Source: Octopus sinensis (taxonomy: Eukaryota). From it: a stretch of 64,000 bases of DNA. The stretch covers positions 47,306,001 to 47,370,000 of the forward strand of contig NC_043010.1 in assembly GCF_006345805.1 (NCBI RefSeq), read 5' to 3'. A program made the translations under genes and the position numbers. Of the stretch, positions 14,726 through 27,899 are shown in pieces. The notes under the pieces are model-generated. The model worked only from the letters and a program-made list of their open reading frames with translations, was not told where the DNA came from and made no database searches. Positions within the stretch are counted from its first letter, which is position 1; every line of letters begins with the position of its first letter.

Positions 14726-16651
14726 ATTTGATCACTATAAACAATCTGTGCAGGTTGTTCAGCAAGAAATCACAGAATATTCATCTGTTGTCTACAACAG
14801 GAGAGTCCATAATTCATGATATAAATATTTTTTAATTGGCTTCCCTGGCAGGGAATTGAACCCCAGTTTCCTGCATGACAAGCAGGGATACTTAGCACTT
14901 ACTATACTACTATAAATTTTTAGCAACACTGTATGGACAGATAGATGTGAACACTTTGTTTTTATATACAATATCTTTGTGAATGGAAAAAGGGCATCTG
15001 CCAAACTGGTATCAACCCTGTGTTGAGGATTCATAAACCCTTTAAGGCCAGGTGTGGTTTAGTGACACAACATGCTTTCTTCCACAGAGGACAGGTGTGG
15101 CTTACTGACACACAGCTAAATTCTGATGACAGGTATGGTATATAATCCACATTTGTGTTATAAGTTATTTGATTGATCATCATCTTGTATTTTTACCTTT
15201 TTTTTTGGCATCCCACATAAAAAGACTAGCTGCTTATACCCAACCTTAAAGGGTTAAAGACCAAAGAAATATTATATGAAATTACTATATATAAAGATGT
15301 GTTTATAGCTGTCTACACAGTGTTAGTAACGGACTCTACTGAAAAATTCTCTAATCCAGTATAGCATTGAAACAAATAACAAATTTGCAATTTATTAATC
15401 AAACTTGCTGTAAGACTGTCTTCATATGTATAAATTGGTCTAATTTACTTAAGCCCTTTGTAATGTTGGGATTATAAGTAGAGACTGGATGCTGTCATTG
15501 ATGAAATCCCTACATAGGATTGAAACTAGGCCAGTTGAAATGTCTTTTTTGTTCATGAAGATACTACATATGAAGACGAGTTAAGATTTGTCTCTTATAT
15601 AGTGTTGGCTAAAACTGATATTCTCTGAAGTATATATCATCATTTAACATGTACTTTTCAGTCCTAGCATGGGTTGGATGGAATTTGTGGAGGTGGGTTC
15701 TCTAGAGCCAGATACCCTACTGTCACCAACCCTCACCTATTTCCAAGCATGTTCCGTTATCTGTTCCCTTTGGCCAGATATATTTTCACAGAAGAGAGGA
15801 AATGAAGGGAACTGCTTACATAGCAGTGACATTTGTTTACAACTATCAGGGTAAGACACATACATACATATATACATATGATGGGCTTCTCTCAGTTTCT
15901 GTCAACCAAATCCACTCACAAAGCTTTGGTCAGCCTGGGACTGTAATCAAAGACATTTGCCAAAGATGCTATGCAGTGGGATTGAACCTGAGACCATGTG
16001 GTTGGGAAAAAAACTTCTTGCCATACAGCCACATAATAACATTGAAACAAAACACTAATAGTGCACCAGTAATTTACTAACCAAGCCATCTGCCAAGAAT
16101 GTATTATATAAATTGGTCTATCTAATTTACTTAAGCCTTTAATGGTAATAGGTTTATAAGAAATGTCTGTGTGAACAGTTAAAGAGAATACTCAGCCACT
16201 CATGAAATCCTAACACAGTACTGAAAATAGCCTAACTGAAACCATTTTTTGCTTTTCTGTCTACAAAGATATTGTTTATGAAGACATGGCATTTACATTT
16301 GTTTATGACATGTAGTTTGGTTAAAACCTATAAATATGTTCTACAGTACAAAATAGTATTGGAGTAAAACACTATTAATGCACCAGCACTAAATAACTAA
16401 AATTGGTAATGATGCATTCCAGAAATAGCTGTATCCTCTTATTAGACTGAGTGCATTTTATGACACAGGTGGAGGGCAACAGTACACTAATGTTACTTAT
16501 TTTGTCAGCCTTGAGAAATACGAGAGGCATGATTTTTCATTAAGAACTAAAAACCAACAAACAGCAAGGCTTGCCTCTTCACCTTCCCAATTTTAATATT
16601 TGAGACACAAGGAGACACAAAAAACACATACGCACACATATATAAATATAT

Positions 16652-16940
16652 ATAAGAAAATGAGATGACAAAAGGAATAAATGATTATCTTATGAACTTC
16701 ATTAGTATACAGTTGTTTCTGGTACAAGATGCAGTGAACGCATAGTTGAGTGCCCGAGTAACATCTTATAGCTTCATCAGAGCCTCAAATATGAGGTGTC
16801 CAATACGAGGCTCCAATGAAGTTATTAGGTGTTACTCATGCACTCAACTATGAGTCCACTGCATCTTATAGCAGAAACAGCTGTAAGCTAATGAAGTTCA
16901 TAAGATAATCATTTATTCCTTTGTCATCTCATTTTCTTAT
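16652..16940. mobile_element. Inverted pair of hammerhead-bearing Penelope-like terminal repeats
   Basis: Imperfect arms of about 135 bp at 16652-16786 and 16807-16940. The - arm reads gct-CTGATGA-a-gctataagatg...catcttgtacca-GAAAC-aact-GTA. The + arm reads gct-CCAATGA...catcttatagc-a-GAAAC-AGCT-GTA-agc. Confidence 0.65.
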
Positions 16941-18399
16941 TACCACTTTGTACTCAACTAATGCCTTGTTCTGAAGCAAATGTATATTGAGTTCTACATC
17001 AGGTTATTGATCTTGCAATGCTAAAGTAAAATATCAAATACATATATCATCATCATTTAACATCTGTTGACCATACTGGCACAGGTTGGATGGTTTGACT
17101 AGGCTGGCATCCTGGAAGACTGCCCCAGGATCCAGTCTGATTTGGCATGGTTTTCTATGGCTGGATGCCCTTCCTAACACCAACCAGAGTGTAATGGGTG
17201 TTTTTACATGCCACCAGCACAGGTACCATTTGTGTGACACCAGTATCTGCCGTGACTGCAATTTTACTCAGCTTGATGGGTCTTCTTCTCAAGCACAATA
17301 TAATGCCAAAGATCTTGGTCATTGCCTCTGTGAGGCCCAACACTCAAAAGGAGCTCGGCTACTTTGCTTCCATAAGGTTCCAAAGGTACTCAGCTACTTT
17401 GCCTCTGTGAGGCCCAACATGACAAGCTCTTTCAGTTTGAGTACTAAAACCACAAGGTCTTGCTTTGCCTGAGGCTATAATAGAAGACACTTGCTCAAGA
17501 TGTCACACAGCAGGACCGAAACTAAGTGGTTGATAAGTGAACTTCTTAACACAGTCACAAAATGAAGTATTGGGGGAAAAAAATCTATAGTAATATATGA
17601 CTGAGGTATTCTGTGATTTATTGGATTTAAATGAGTCTTGAGTCGTCTAATTTTTGGGTGGAATGTATTATGAAAAGAATTGGTGGTTTCTTTTGATATG
17701 AAGAGGAGATATAGGTAATTAAAGTGACCCAGTATATTGCTGGTAATTATTTTGTCACAGGATATATATCAATGTGATTGACATAGATGTGTCAGCCACT
17801 AAAGAAAGAACTTCTAAATGTTTGCTCCACTTGCTAGAAGCAGTAAAGAAATGAAATCTCTGATATACAAAAAGATGGGATTGAAACAACTGGAATGTTT
17901 TCAATCACAGGTTTGCTCAGTTAGAGATGACCTGGGGCTAAACAGCACTACAACAATGTGATTGGCATTCATTCAATCAATCATAAATAATATAAATCAT
18001 TCAGTTTAATTAAAAAAAAAAAGAGGTGTGCCTACATAGTGTTGTGTGTTTATGTTGTGACATACCAATTACAAACAGCTATGAGAAGATATTTGCATAT
18101 TTCTGAAGAAATGCTCTTTTTACTCTTTTACTTGTTTCAGTCATTTGACTGTGGCCATGCTGGAGCACTGCCTATAGTCGAGCAAATCAACCCCAGGACT
18201 TATTCTTTGCAAGCCTAGTACTTATTCTATCTGTCTCTTTTGTCAAACCACTAATTTATGGGGATGTAAACACACCAACATCGGTTGTCAAGCGATGTTG
18301 GGGGGACAGAAACACAAACAAACAAATGTAAAAAAGAAATGTAAATCAGAAAGAGAAATTAATAAAGGCAGCAATAATAATAATAATAATAATAATAAT

Positions 18400-18850
18400 C
18401 CTGTTTACTAAAGGCACAAAGCCTGAAATTTGTGGGTAGGGGACTCACCCCAGTGTTTCACTGGTGCTTAATTTATCGACCTCAAAAGGCTGAAAGGAAA
18501 GGTCAACTTTGGTGGAATTTGAACTCAGAATGTAGCAACTGACAAAATACCACTAAGCATTTCACCCAGTGTGCTAACAATTCTGCTATTTCACCACCAT
18601 AACAATAATAATAATAACAATAACAATAATAATCTTTTCTACTGGAGGCACAAAGCCTCAAATCTGTGGGGAGGGGACTAGTCGGATACACTGACACCAG
18701 TGTTTCACAGGTACTTAATTTATTGACCGTGAAAGGATTGAAAGGTAAAGTCAACCACGGCAGAATTTGAACTCAAAATGTAAGGGAGGATGAAATGCTG
18801 TTAAGCATTTTGCCCAGTGTGCTAACAATTCTGCCAGCTCGCTGCCTTAA
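18400..18850 (-). repeat. Tandem Meta-domain SINEs separated by (AAT)n
   Basis: Two CpG-decayed copies of the 47497 family. Others lie at about 11390-11545, 19927-20140 and 37005-37420. Confidence 0.75.
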
Positions 18851-19583
18851 ATAATAATAATAATAATAATAATAATCCCTGCAAGAAGTGCAAAAGATTG
18901 TCTTAACTGGTACATCACACGTATTGAGAAGAGCATTGTCGATGTGAGAATTATTACTACCCATGTATTTTAATTTAACTTTATTTCTATCAAAAAAAAA
19001 AAAAAATGAACAAACTAGTGAGTTTAGTTTAATGGCCTACCAATGTATACTATGAGTTTCTTTGCCCTAGGAGTCGGGAAGACACTCGGCAAGAAATGGA
19101 AGCAAATTTGAAAGAAGAAAAAAAATAATAATAATAATTAATGAGAATTATAATAAATATAATTATATCAAAGAAAATTTTTTATTAATGAACAAGTAGC
19201 CCATGTTAGGTGTGTATTATGTATGTATGTGTGTGTGTGAGTAAGCATCATGCAGGATTGTGTGTGTGTACACACATACACAAGTTATAGTAAGATATGC
19301 AAGGCAAACGACACTTAATGACTTAATGATCGTTTGATTGTTGCAGCTGCTGTACAAGTAGCAACAATTCCTCAACAGCACAGGACCATACTTATTGTGA
19401 AGCTGTCTGATGCTGCTGCACTGCAGTGAAATAAGCAAACAAACAAATAAATGAACACACACACACACACATAGATAATACATACTCACACATACTTGTA
19501 AATATGAACACAAACACATAAATAAATTTCTTAAGCACAGGTGAGTGGAAAGCAGGACATTAAAGTAGATAGTAATAGAAGCA

Positions 19584-19628
<45 letters not shown>

Positions 19629-20824
19629 TAGATGACGCTGAAAGAAGTAGAGAATACCTGATTGTTTAAGAAACTACATTCAGATTCTCAAGGGCTCCGA
19701 AAGTGATCCATTACACCTTATACCCAAACAGTATATATAATATTTAAGAAGTAACACTTCTGAGATGATTTAGCAATTTAAACCCTATAAATTTGGCTAA
19801 TGGGACCAACCACAAACTCCACAAAAATACCGGATTTATGTAGTTATTTTACATTTTTTTAATTACTCGTTTATAGCCATTGGAAGTTATTTTCCCATTA
19901 ATAACAAGCTAATATATAAAGGGTTTAAGGTAGCAACCTGGCAGAATTGTTAGCATGCTGGGCAAAATGCTTAGTAGCATTTCATGTCTTTACATTCTGA
20001 GTTCAAATTCTACTGAGGTCGACTCCGCCTTTTATCTTTTCAAGGTTGATAAAATAAATACCAGTTGAGCACTGGGGTTGATGTAATTAACTTACGCCTT
20101 CCCTTAAATTGCTGGCCTTGTGCCAAAATTTGAAACCAACAAATAAATGGTTTATAAATAATGAACACTGTTTAACATCCTGTCCCTTGCTGGCATGGAC
20201 TGGATAGTTTGACAGGATACGATGGGTCCTAGGACTGCATCGTGCTCCACTGTCTGCTTTGGTATGGTTTCTACAGCTAGATGCATTTCCTAATGTTTAT
20301 GTGTTTTTAAAATGAGAAAGAAATTTAGCAAAAATTTGCAATCAACAAACAATCAATAAATAAATCATTATGTGTCTCAGTTAAACATAAGAAAAAGAGC
20401 ATCTTTAAATAAAGAGAAATGAAAAGGGAAAAATGGGGTACTTCACAGATATGCTGAAGAAAACAGAAGCAAAAAAAAAAAAAATTAAATTTGAATTTCA
20501 GGCAAGAATTGGAAGTTTTGAATAATGTTATTTAAAATACTAATAACAAGTTACATGTATAATAATACATTAAACTGACCCAATATATTATTAGGCTAGG
20601 CTCACAAAATCAATTTTACATACACCACCGTGTGTGTGTGTGCAGGGATATGAATATATATAATCTCCAACTCCAGATGAAATGATCCCAAGAATAAAGA
20701 AATCTCCAAAATTGACATACCATGAAAAGAGTCTAAATGTGTAGGGAGATGTGAACAACTGAGGACATATCTTTCTGTCTCAATAAGCATCATCACCAAA
20801 GCAGATGCAACATATAAACACACA

Positions 20825-21230
20825 CGCAGGAGTGGCTGTGTGGTAATTAGCTTGCTAACCAACCACATGGTTCCGGGTTCAGTCCCACTGCGTGGCATCT
20901 TGGGCAAGTGTCTTCTGCTATAGCCCCGGGCCGACCAATGCCTTGTGAGTGGATTTGGTAGACGGAAACTGAAAGAAGCCTGTCGTATATATCTATATAT
21001 ATATGTATGTGTATGTATGTGTTTGTGTGTCTGTCTTTGTCCCCCTAGCATTGCTTGACAACCGATGCTGGTGTGTTTACGTCCCCGTCACTTAGCGGTT
21101 CGGCAAAAGAGACCGATAGAATAAGTACTGGGCTTACAAAGAATAAGTCCCGGGGTCGATTTGCTCGACTAAAGGCGGTGCTCCAGCATGGCCGCAGTCA
21201 AATGACTGAAACAAGTAAAAGAGTAAAAGA
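20825..21230 (+). repeat. tRNA-derived CORE-type SINE (OR-like), full-length representative
   Basis: A box TGGCTGTGTGG, B box GGTTCAGTCC, CORE-like tggcatcttgggcaagtgtctt, internal (TA/TG)n, and a gtaaaaga tail. Confidence 0.85.
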
Positions 21231-21485
21231 GTATATATGTACACATACAAACACATCATCCCTCCTATATATACACATACAAACACAGACATATTCAGGG
21301 TTTGAACGGAATAATGTAAACACTGCTTACTATTAACTATATTTTTTTTTATTGAAAATTCAAAACTGTTCGAGTCTTTATATGCATGTGTTCATATGCA
21401 TCATTTGTGCCTTCTACTTCTTAATATAGACCTCTGTTTTTCTTTTTTGTTTTTCTTGTTGATATTTATATCTAATTAAATTAAA

Positions 21486-22525
21486 ATGTGTAACTTATCT
21501 GATTTCCAAATGAGACAAATTGTTAGAGTACAGATAGCTCGAGGTTTAGTTACTAAAACTGCTGAATTGTTCGAGGTTATGGGAGGGACATTCTCTAAAA
21601 TCTTGTTGGCATTCCATATCCAATGTCAGCTCTGGCAAACATATTCTGGACAGAAGGCAAAGTTCCACAGAAAGGGACCACAAAATAGTGAAACATATTG
21701 TGTCTAAAGACCATGGAACAACACCAGCAAAAGTGACACCAGAGTGAAACCACCACTTTGCCAACCCTGAGTCAACCACTAAAACCATATGTCATGATCT
21801 CCATAAAGCTGAATACCACGAAGGGGCTGCAATTGCTAAACCTGTCCTCCATCAACATTGGTAAGAGGGGAAAACCAAGTCCAGACTATCAGAAGTGGTC
21901 AGTGGCTTAAAGAAACAATGTCATCTCTCTCATAAATCATTATTTATTTATTTACCCCAATTTGGGACAAGTTCATGTCTGGAGACATCACAAAGAAGCC
22001 TTTGACCCTGGTTGCTTGGCCCCTACCATGAAGTAGGTGGCTCTGCAGTTATGGAGATGGCTCGGTGGTTATTTGGACAGCCATATCAGGGTGTTCTATT
22101 GGCCCTTTTGTTGTTCTGCATAAGAGTTAAAGCCAAGGATTAACAGAGAATTTTGGCTGATCGTGTCCATTCTATGGTACAGACATTGTTCCATGATGGT
22201 AGCACAGTCTTTTAGAATGATAATATACCAATTCACATAGTTAATTTTATTCAAAATTGGTACAAAGAACACAAAAATGAAGTAGACCACTTAGATTGGC
22301 TTCTTCCAGTTACTGGGTTTCAATATAATCAAACATTTATTGTGAATTTAGGAGCAACAAGTGGCAAGCTACTTCCTTCTGTCATCTTTGCTAAAAGACC
22401 TGAAGCAGGTTTTACTTGAAGTATGGCTTAAAATTCTGCTAACAACCACTCAGAACCTATACTAGTCAATTCCTCAATGCATTAAAGCTGTGATTGACAC
22501 CAAAGGTGGACCAACACCATATTAA
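21486..22525 (+). mobile_element. Decayed near-full-length Tc1-like transposase
   Basis: MCNLSDFQMRQIV..VTKTAELF at the N-terminus, VWR..KEAFDPGCL, HSMVQTLFHDG..F*NDNIPIH, and C-terminal SIPQCIKAVIDTKGGPTPY-stop. Multiple stops and frameshifts. Confidence 0.8.
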
Positions 22526-22899
22526 CCCTTTAGCATTCAGATTTTTGTCAAATGTATCGCTTATTTATTCACACAATATCGTGTAGCTTTAAGATTTCAA
22601 TAGTATGTTTGTATATTTTTAGGATGACATTCTAGGGTAGGTGTGAGAGGCTGGATCTGGCCCATCTCATCTGTTTGGGCCAGATATGGCTGGTTTAAAT
22701 GCTAAAGGGATAAATAATGTAACTTCCATATAGCAAGGTATTTCCAATATTTCATTCAACCCCTGTATATGCATATATATCTACATATGGGTATATATAT
22801 ACATACATACACACACATACATACATATATATATACACACACACAAACTCATTACATAAGTATGTATGTATAAGATTATATATATATATATATATATAT

Positions 22900-23419
22900 G
22901 AATTACATACACAAACATCATAATCATCATCATCATCATCATTATTTAATATCTGTTTTTCATGTTGGCATGGATTTGACTGTTTGACATGATCCCACAA
23001 GTCAGAGGAATGTGTCAAGCACCAACATCTAATTTGGTATGGTTTCTATGGCTGGAATGCCCTTCGTAATGCCAGTGACTTCACTAAGTGCACTGGGCGC
23101 ATTTTTTGTAACAGTGACACCAGTGAAGTCATCGACTAACTTGCAAAACGAAGAAAAAGATGAAACCCCAGGTAGAGGTGGCTTTAAGAAAAGTATTGGG
23201 ATTAAAATATGATACAAGAACAGGCACAAGTGCCTTGCTTTTGAAGAGATACACAGCTTCCTCACATTATAATAGGAGTGGGTGGGAGTAGATGGAAAGA
23301 AGCTAAAGACATTGGTGGTAAGGTGTCAGTGCATACTCTCAAAATATAAGAAGGTCAGTATAAAAGAGAATAGGGACTGAGGATGAGGAAATACAGATGG
23401 ATAATGTCATAAGAGAGTG

Positions 23420-23461
<42 letters not shown>

Positions 23462-23972
23462 TTACATACACAAACATCATAATCATCATCATCATTATTT
23501 AATATCTGTTTTTCATGTTGGCATGGATTTGACTGTTTGACATGATCCCACAAGTCAGAGGAATGTGTCAAGCACCAACATCTAATTTGGTATGGTTTCT
23601 ATGGCTGGAATGCCCTTCGTAATGCCAGTGACTTCACTAAGTGCACTGGGCGCATTTTTTGTAACAGTGACACCAGTGAAGTCATCGACTAACTTGCAAA
23701 ACGAAGAAAAAGATGAAACCCCAGGTAGAGGTGGCTTTAAGAAAAGTATTGGGATTAAAATATGATACAAGAACAGGCACAAGTGCCTTGCTTTTGAAGA
23801 GATACACAGCTTCCTCACATTATAATAGGAGTGGGTGGGAGTAGATGGAAAGAAGCTAAAGACATTGGTGGTAAGGTGTCAGTGCATACTCTCAAAATAT
23901 AAGAAGGTCAGTATAAAAGAGAATAGGGACTGAGGATGAGGAAATACAGATGGATAATGTCATAAGAGAGTG

Positions 23973-23976
<4 letters not shown>
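22900..23976 (+). repeat. Tandem direct duplication of about 520 bp bounded by (TA)n tracts
   Basis: Units 22900-23423 and 23459-23976 appear identical except for a (CAT)6 vs (CAT)4 tract. Identical 78-aa ORFs lie 553 bp apart. Confidence 0.9.
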
Positions 23977-24007
<31 letters not shown>

Positions 24008-24094
24008 AGAGTTTACGAAAAAAACAAAAGACGAAGACAGGTGGTGTACAAAACAAACAGATGTATTAGTATAACGCTCAGGAACAGAAAAAGT

Positions 24095-24130
24095 CTTTTA
24101 CATTTCGAGCCTACGCTCTTCTACAGAAAG
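24095..24130 (-). ncRNA. Minimal hammerhead-like motif in a Penelope-like terminal fragment
   Basis: On - strand: cttt-CTGTAGA-a-GAGC(gtag)GCTC-GAAA-T-GTA-aaag. Stem I is cttt/aaag. The core has A6>T, and stem III (probably ACGT) has decayed to ATGT. Confidence 0.5.
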
Positions 24131-24589
24131 GGACAAAGAAAAAACAAGGAGAGAAAAAAATGTGTGTAGTGGCTAATGATTTATCATGGTGACTGCCAGA
24201 CAGAAGGGTCATATATTATATTATATTACATTATATATATAGTGAAAGTGCACCTGGTGGTTAGGCTGTTGCACTCATGATCACTAGATCATGAATTGAT
24301 TCCCTGATGGTGCATTGTGTTCTTCAGCAAAACACTTCATTTCACATTGCTCCAGTTCACTTTTGATCATGAAGGAATGTTGGCCTGCTTACCTAGCCAG
24401 CAGGGTGGCATCATTTGAAGGCTAAAACTATGCAAAAGTACATTGTGACCAGCAATGCGTAACAACATCTGATAGCCTGGTCAGTCATGCGATATATATG
24501 TATACACACACACACACACACACACATATGTATGTATATATATGACCAAAGTATTGATAAGTAAGAAAACAGACAAATCACAGATCCTT

Positions 24590-25630
24590 CAGGGAGATGG
24601 CACTGCTTGATATATAGAAATGATGTAGCCAGTGCAAGCTATGGACACATAAGAGGTACAGCAGTATCACTGGAAGACTAACAGAAAATAGTCTTTACAT
24701 GTGACAGATGTGCAGGTACATTAAATACCAGGAATGTACAAAAAATAGACTACCTCAAATGTCAGGGGAGATCCTTAGAAGTAGTAAACAGTTTCCATAA
24801 CTTAGGGAACCAAGTTAGTAGTGGAGGGTGGTTGTTCCAAAAGCATAGCTGCTAGAATAAGTATAGGATGGGTGAAGTTCAGAGAGCTACTACTTCTGTT
24901 AGTAATGAAGAGCTTCTCCCTCAGAATGAAAGGCAGGTTGTATGATGTTTGTATATGAACAGCTGTGCTACAAGGCAGTGAGACAAGGGCTGTGACTACT
25001 GAGGATTTGCGAAGGAAATGAAGCCAGTATGCTCCACTGGATGGGCAATGTCAGTGTGCATATACAACAGAATGTAAGTGATTTGATAGAAAAATTTGGT
25101 ATGCAGCATCAGATGTAGTATGCAAGAGAGAAGACTGCACTGGTATAGCCATGAAATGCATATGAATGAAGACAGTTGCATCAAGTGGTGCCTCTAACTG
25201 TAGAGGGAACATGTGGAAGGAGTAGACCCAGGAAGACATGGGATGAAGTGGTGAGAAAGGATCCACAGATGGGCCTCACAGAGGAGATGACAGGAGATCA
25301 AGACTCCTGGCGTTTTGTCTTTTGAAAAGACATCAAGCTAAGTAAAAGCATGATTGTCCTTGTATACAGGCTGTCCCCTGCATCCATCTCCAGCTGAGCA
25401 TTTCTAACCTTGCAGACTCATGGGTGCTGATGCCACATAAAAAGTACCCATACTGGTGCAGCATAAATGCACCCGTACTGGTGCTGCATCAAAGCAGCCA
25501 GTAGACTCTGTAAAGTGGATAGCTTTACAAAGGGCCTCAGCTGTAGAAACCATGCCAAAACAGAGCCTGGGCAGCTCTTCAGCTGGCCAACTCCTGTCAA
25601 ACCGTCCAGCTCATGCCAGTATGGAAAATG
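24590..25630 (+). mobile_element. RTE LINE 3' region with its 3' tail
   Basis: SLEVVNSFHNLGNQVSSGG..SIAARISIGWVKFRELL..FSLRMKGRLYD..AVLQGSET, followed by the tail shared with copies at about 7672-8110 and 53075-53457. Confidence 0.8.
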
Positions 25631-25699
25631 GATGTCTGTTGCTATGTATATGTATTATATATATATATATATATATATATACATACATATATATGTTCT

Positions 25700-26200
25700 T
25701 CCTTAGTTCCTTTGTCTCCATATGGAGTAGAGGACAGGGAAAAGAAATTTCCACCTGTCTCAATATTTGGCAACAGATTGCAGTTTTCCCATGTATAGCA
25801 AGAGCTTCAGTCTCTGTGGTCCTACTCCATGTTGTTTTCAGAATTCCATGCCTCCATCTCCCTTAGGGATGCTCATTGAAAGGCTTTGCCTTATAATGCT
25901 GGAAACTGGTCTCTGTAGAATGTGAGCCAGTTCCCGATTTCCCTCCTCTTGATCTTGGTCTTGATAGGTTGTTGGTTCATTTGCTCTGAGAATAGCATCG
26001 TGAGCCTGTCTTAACTCCTCATCCAAAAGACATTCATTCACAAATGCTTGTAGTTTGTTGGAGAACTTTGTGATTCACCAGATTTCACATACATACAACA
26101 GAAATATCTTCATATTCATGTTAAAAATCCTGTGTTTTGTTTGTGATCTCCAATCACCAAATGGGTCTGAGCATTTTGAAGGCAGCTGGCAGAAAAGTTC
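25700..26200 (-). mobile_element. Decayed RTE-X-like LINE 3' end
   Basis: LYVCEIW*ITKFSNKLQAFVNECL (LYGCETW..SNKLQVFVNRCL-like), LAHILQRPVSSIIRQSL, and WGKLQSVAKY*DRW. Confidence 0.75.
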
Positions 26201-27169
26201 AGGGCACAAAAATATATATGAATTCTTTTGTCAACAATAAGTAGACACACACATATGTATACATTTATATGTTAATTGTATGTTTATATCATGGAAGGTG
26301 AATGTAAAAAGATGATGTAAATCCTTCTGAATGAATTAGGTAGGCAGAAATTCTGTTGTGTGTATATGCATGCGTGAGAGTGCTTATGACTCCCGTGATA
26401 GATAGGAAGGAAAAAATACAACTATAAAAGCAATGTGTTTGGGGACGGTCAAAGGTAGTGCATAGCTGCTGATGAATGATTCCGAAATGAGTTGAAATAT
26501 ACATACAGGTATTCCCCACTTTTCAGTCTGCACGTATTGAACAAAAGAACTGTTTACAATCATAACACATAGTGTTGGCTAAAAACCCATAGATATGTTC
26601 TATAGTACATCATACATAAATATATATCTATAGATGTATGATATACTTCTATCTGTAGTTTTTGGTCAAAATTTCTAAACATGAGTGCTACAATTGATCA
26701 ATCAGCTAAGCAACCAGGATCATTGAATTAGCATGTAAATGGCTGAGTACCCTTAATGTCATTGCCAGTTGGAATCAGCATCACACAATGTGACAAGTTT
26801 GGACTTTCAATTACAAGTACAATCTATCTGATAGGTTTCTACAAGGTTTCTATCCACCCAAAAGAAACCAACAGAATAAGTACTAGGTTAAAAAAAAAAG
26901 GTAAGTCCTGCGGTCAATTCATTTGACTAAAAAGCCCTTCAAAATGGTCCCAAAGCAATGACTGAAACAAGTGAAAAACAAAAGATAAAAGAAAACTAAA
27001 AATTAAAATGGAAAAAAGCAAAACAAATGAATTTATCTGACAATCCAATATATAAGATAACGATGATGATGGTGTAAGAACAATCTCAAAAGATTGTAGA
27101 TATGAAAGAAAGGAGATAATGATTTCAAAAGGTAACAAAACCAAAAGGCTTAACCAGGCTAAAGTGATC

Positions 27170-27640
27170 AACAACTCAGAAGATTAGTTTTGGTTGTTAA
27201 TAATATGGTCTAATGAAGGCAGTTCCTGCAAATTTTCCAATTAAAAGGTAGATATATGTGGAGTGCAGCAAAATTGAAATCCAGAAGTCTGTTTGCAAGA
27301 AACAGTTAATTATGGTGGGGGAGTTTTCGTTAGGGCATGTGGGCCAATTTGAGTGACAAGGAGAACAAGGCTATGGCTCATTTTATTGCAGAGTTTGTGA
27401 CCCACCCCTTGCCATTCATACATAGTATTAAAAGCATGAAAAAGAGATCACAGAACTGGATCTCTGAAATGGGTTTCTCAAAGCTTCAATCTTAATCCAA
27501 CAGAGCACATGTGAGAGCATCTTGACAAAAGGTTGCGAGAAAAATCATAAAAAATTGCATCAGAGTTGAAAGAAACACTAAGTGAATAGACATAGATCAA
27601 TCTATCATTGATAATTTAAATCCAGGCTTAATAGGAAAAG
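27170..27640 (+). mobile_element. Tc1-like transposase remnant
   Basis: Decayed motifs IWSNE, TVNYGGG, and SFNLNPTEHM*EHL (SPDLNPIEHLW-like). Confidence 0.6.
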
Positions 27641-27899
27641 ACCATGTAAGGTAACAGACATTGTACAAAATTTCATTCATACACACACATAGACTCATTT
27701 ACTTATGTATAATATATATATATATATATATATATTTCCTGTAGCAGGTTTGATAAATTTCTACCATGGGCCTTCAGATGACAAATTAACCCTAAGCGCC
27801 TGTTAAAAAAATATATAGCACATCATCTGAACAAGAATGCTACCAATAGCAGCTCTACCTTTATGCATTTATCCAAAATGAACTTTCAATCCAGTAATT

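Noticed and set aside
20825-20900. tRNA-like A/B boxes
   Set aside because: These are SINE heads fused to CORE and tail domains, with no complete cloverleaf.
25838-26041. Exon-like ORF MNECLLDEELRQAHDAIL...
   Set aside because: It aligns with the RTE-X C-terminus and has no splice signals.
26467-26495. CTGATGA-atgattcc-GAAA hammerhead-like string
   Set aside because: No stem I pairing, and stems II and III are not convincing.
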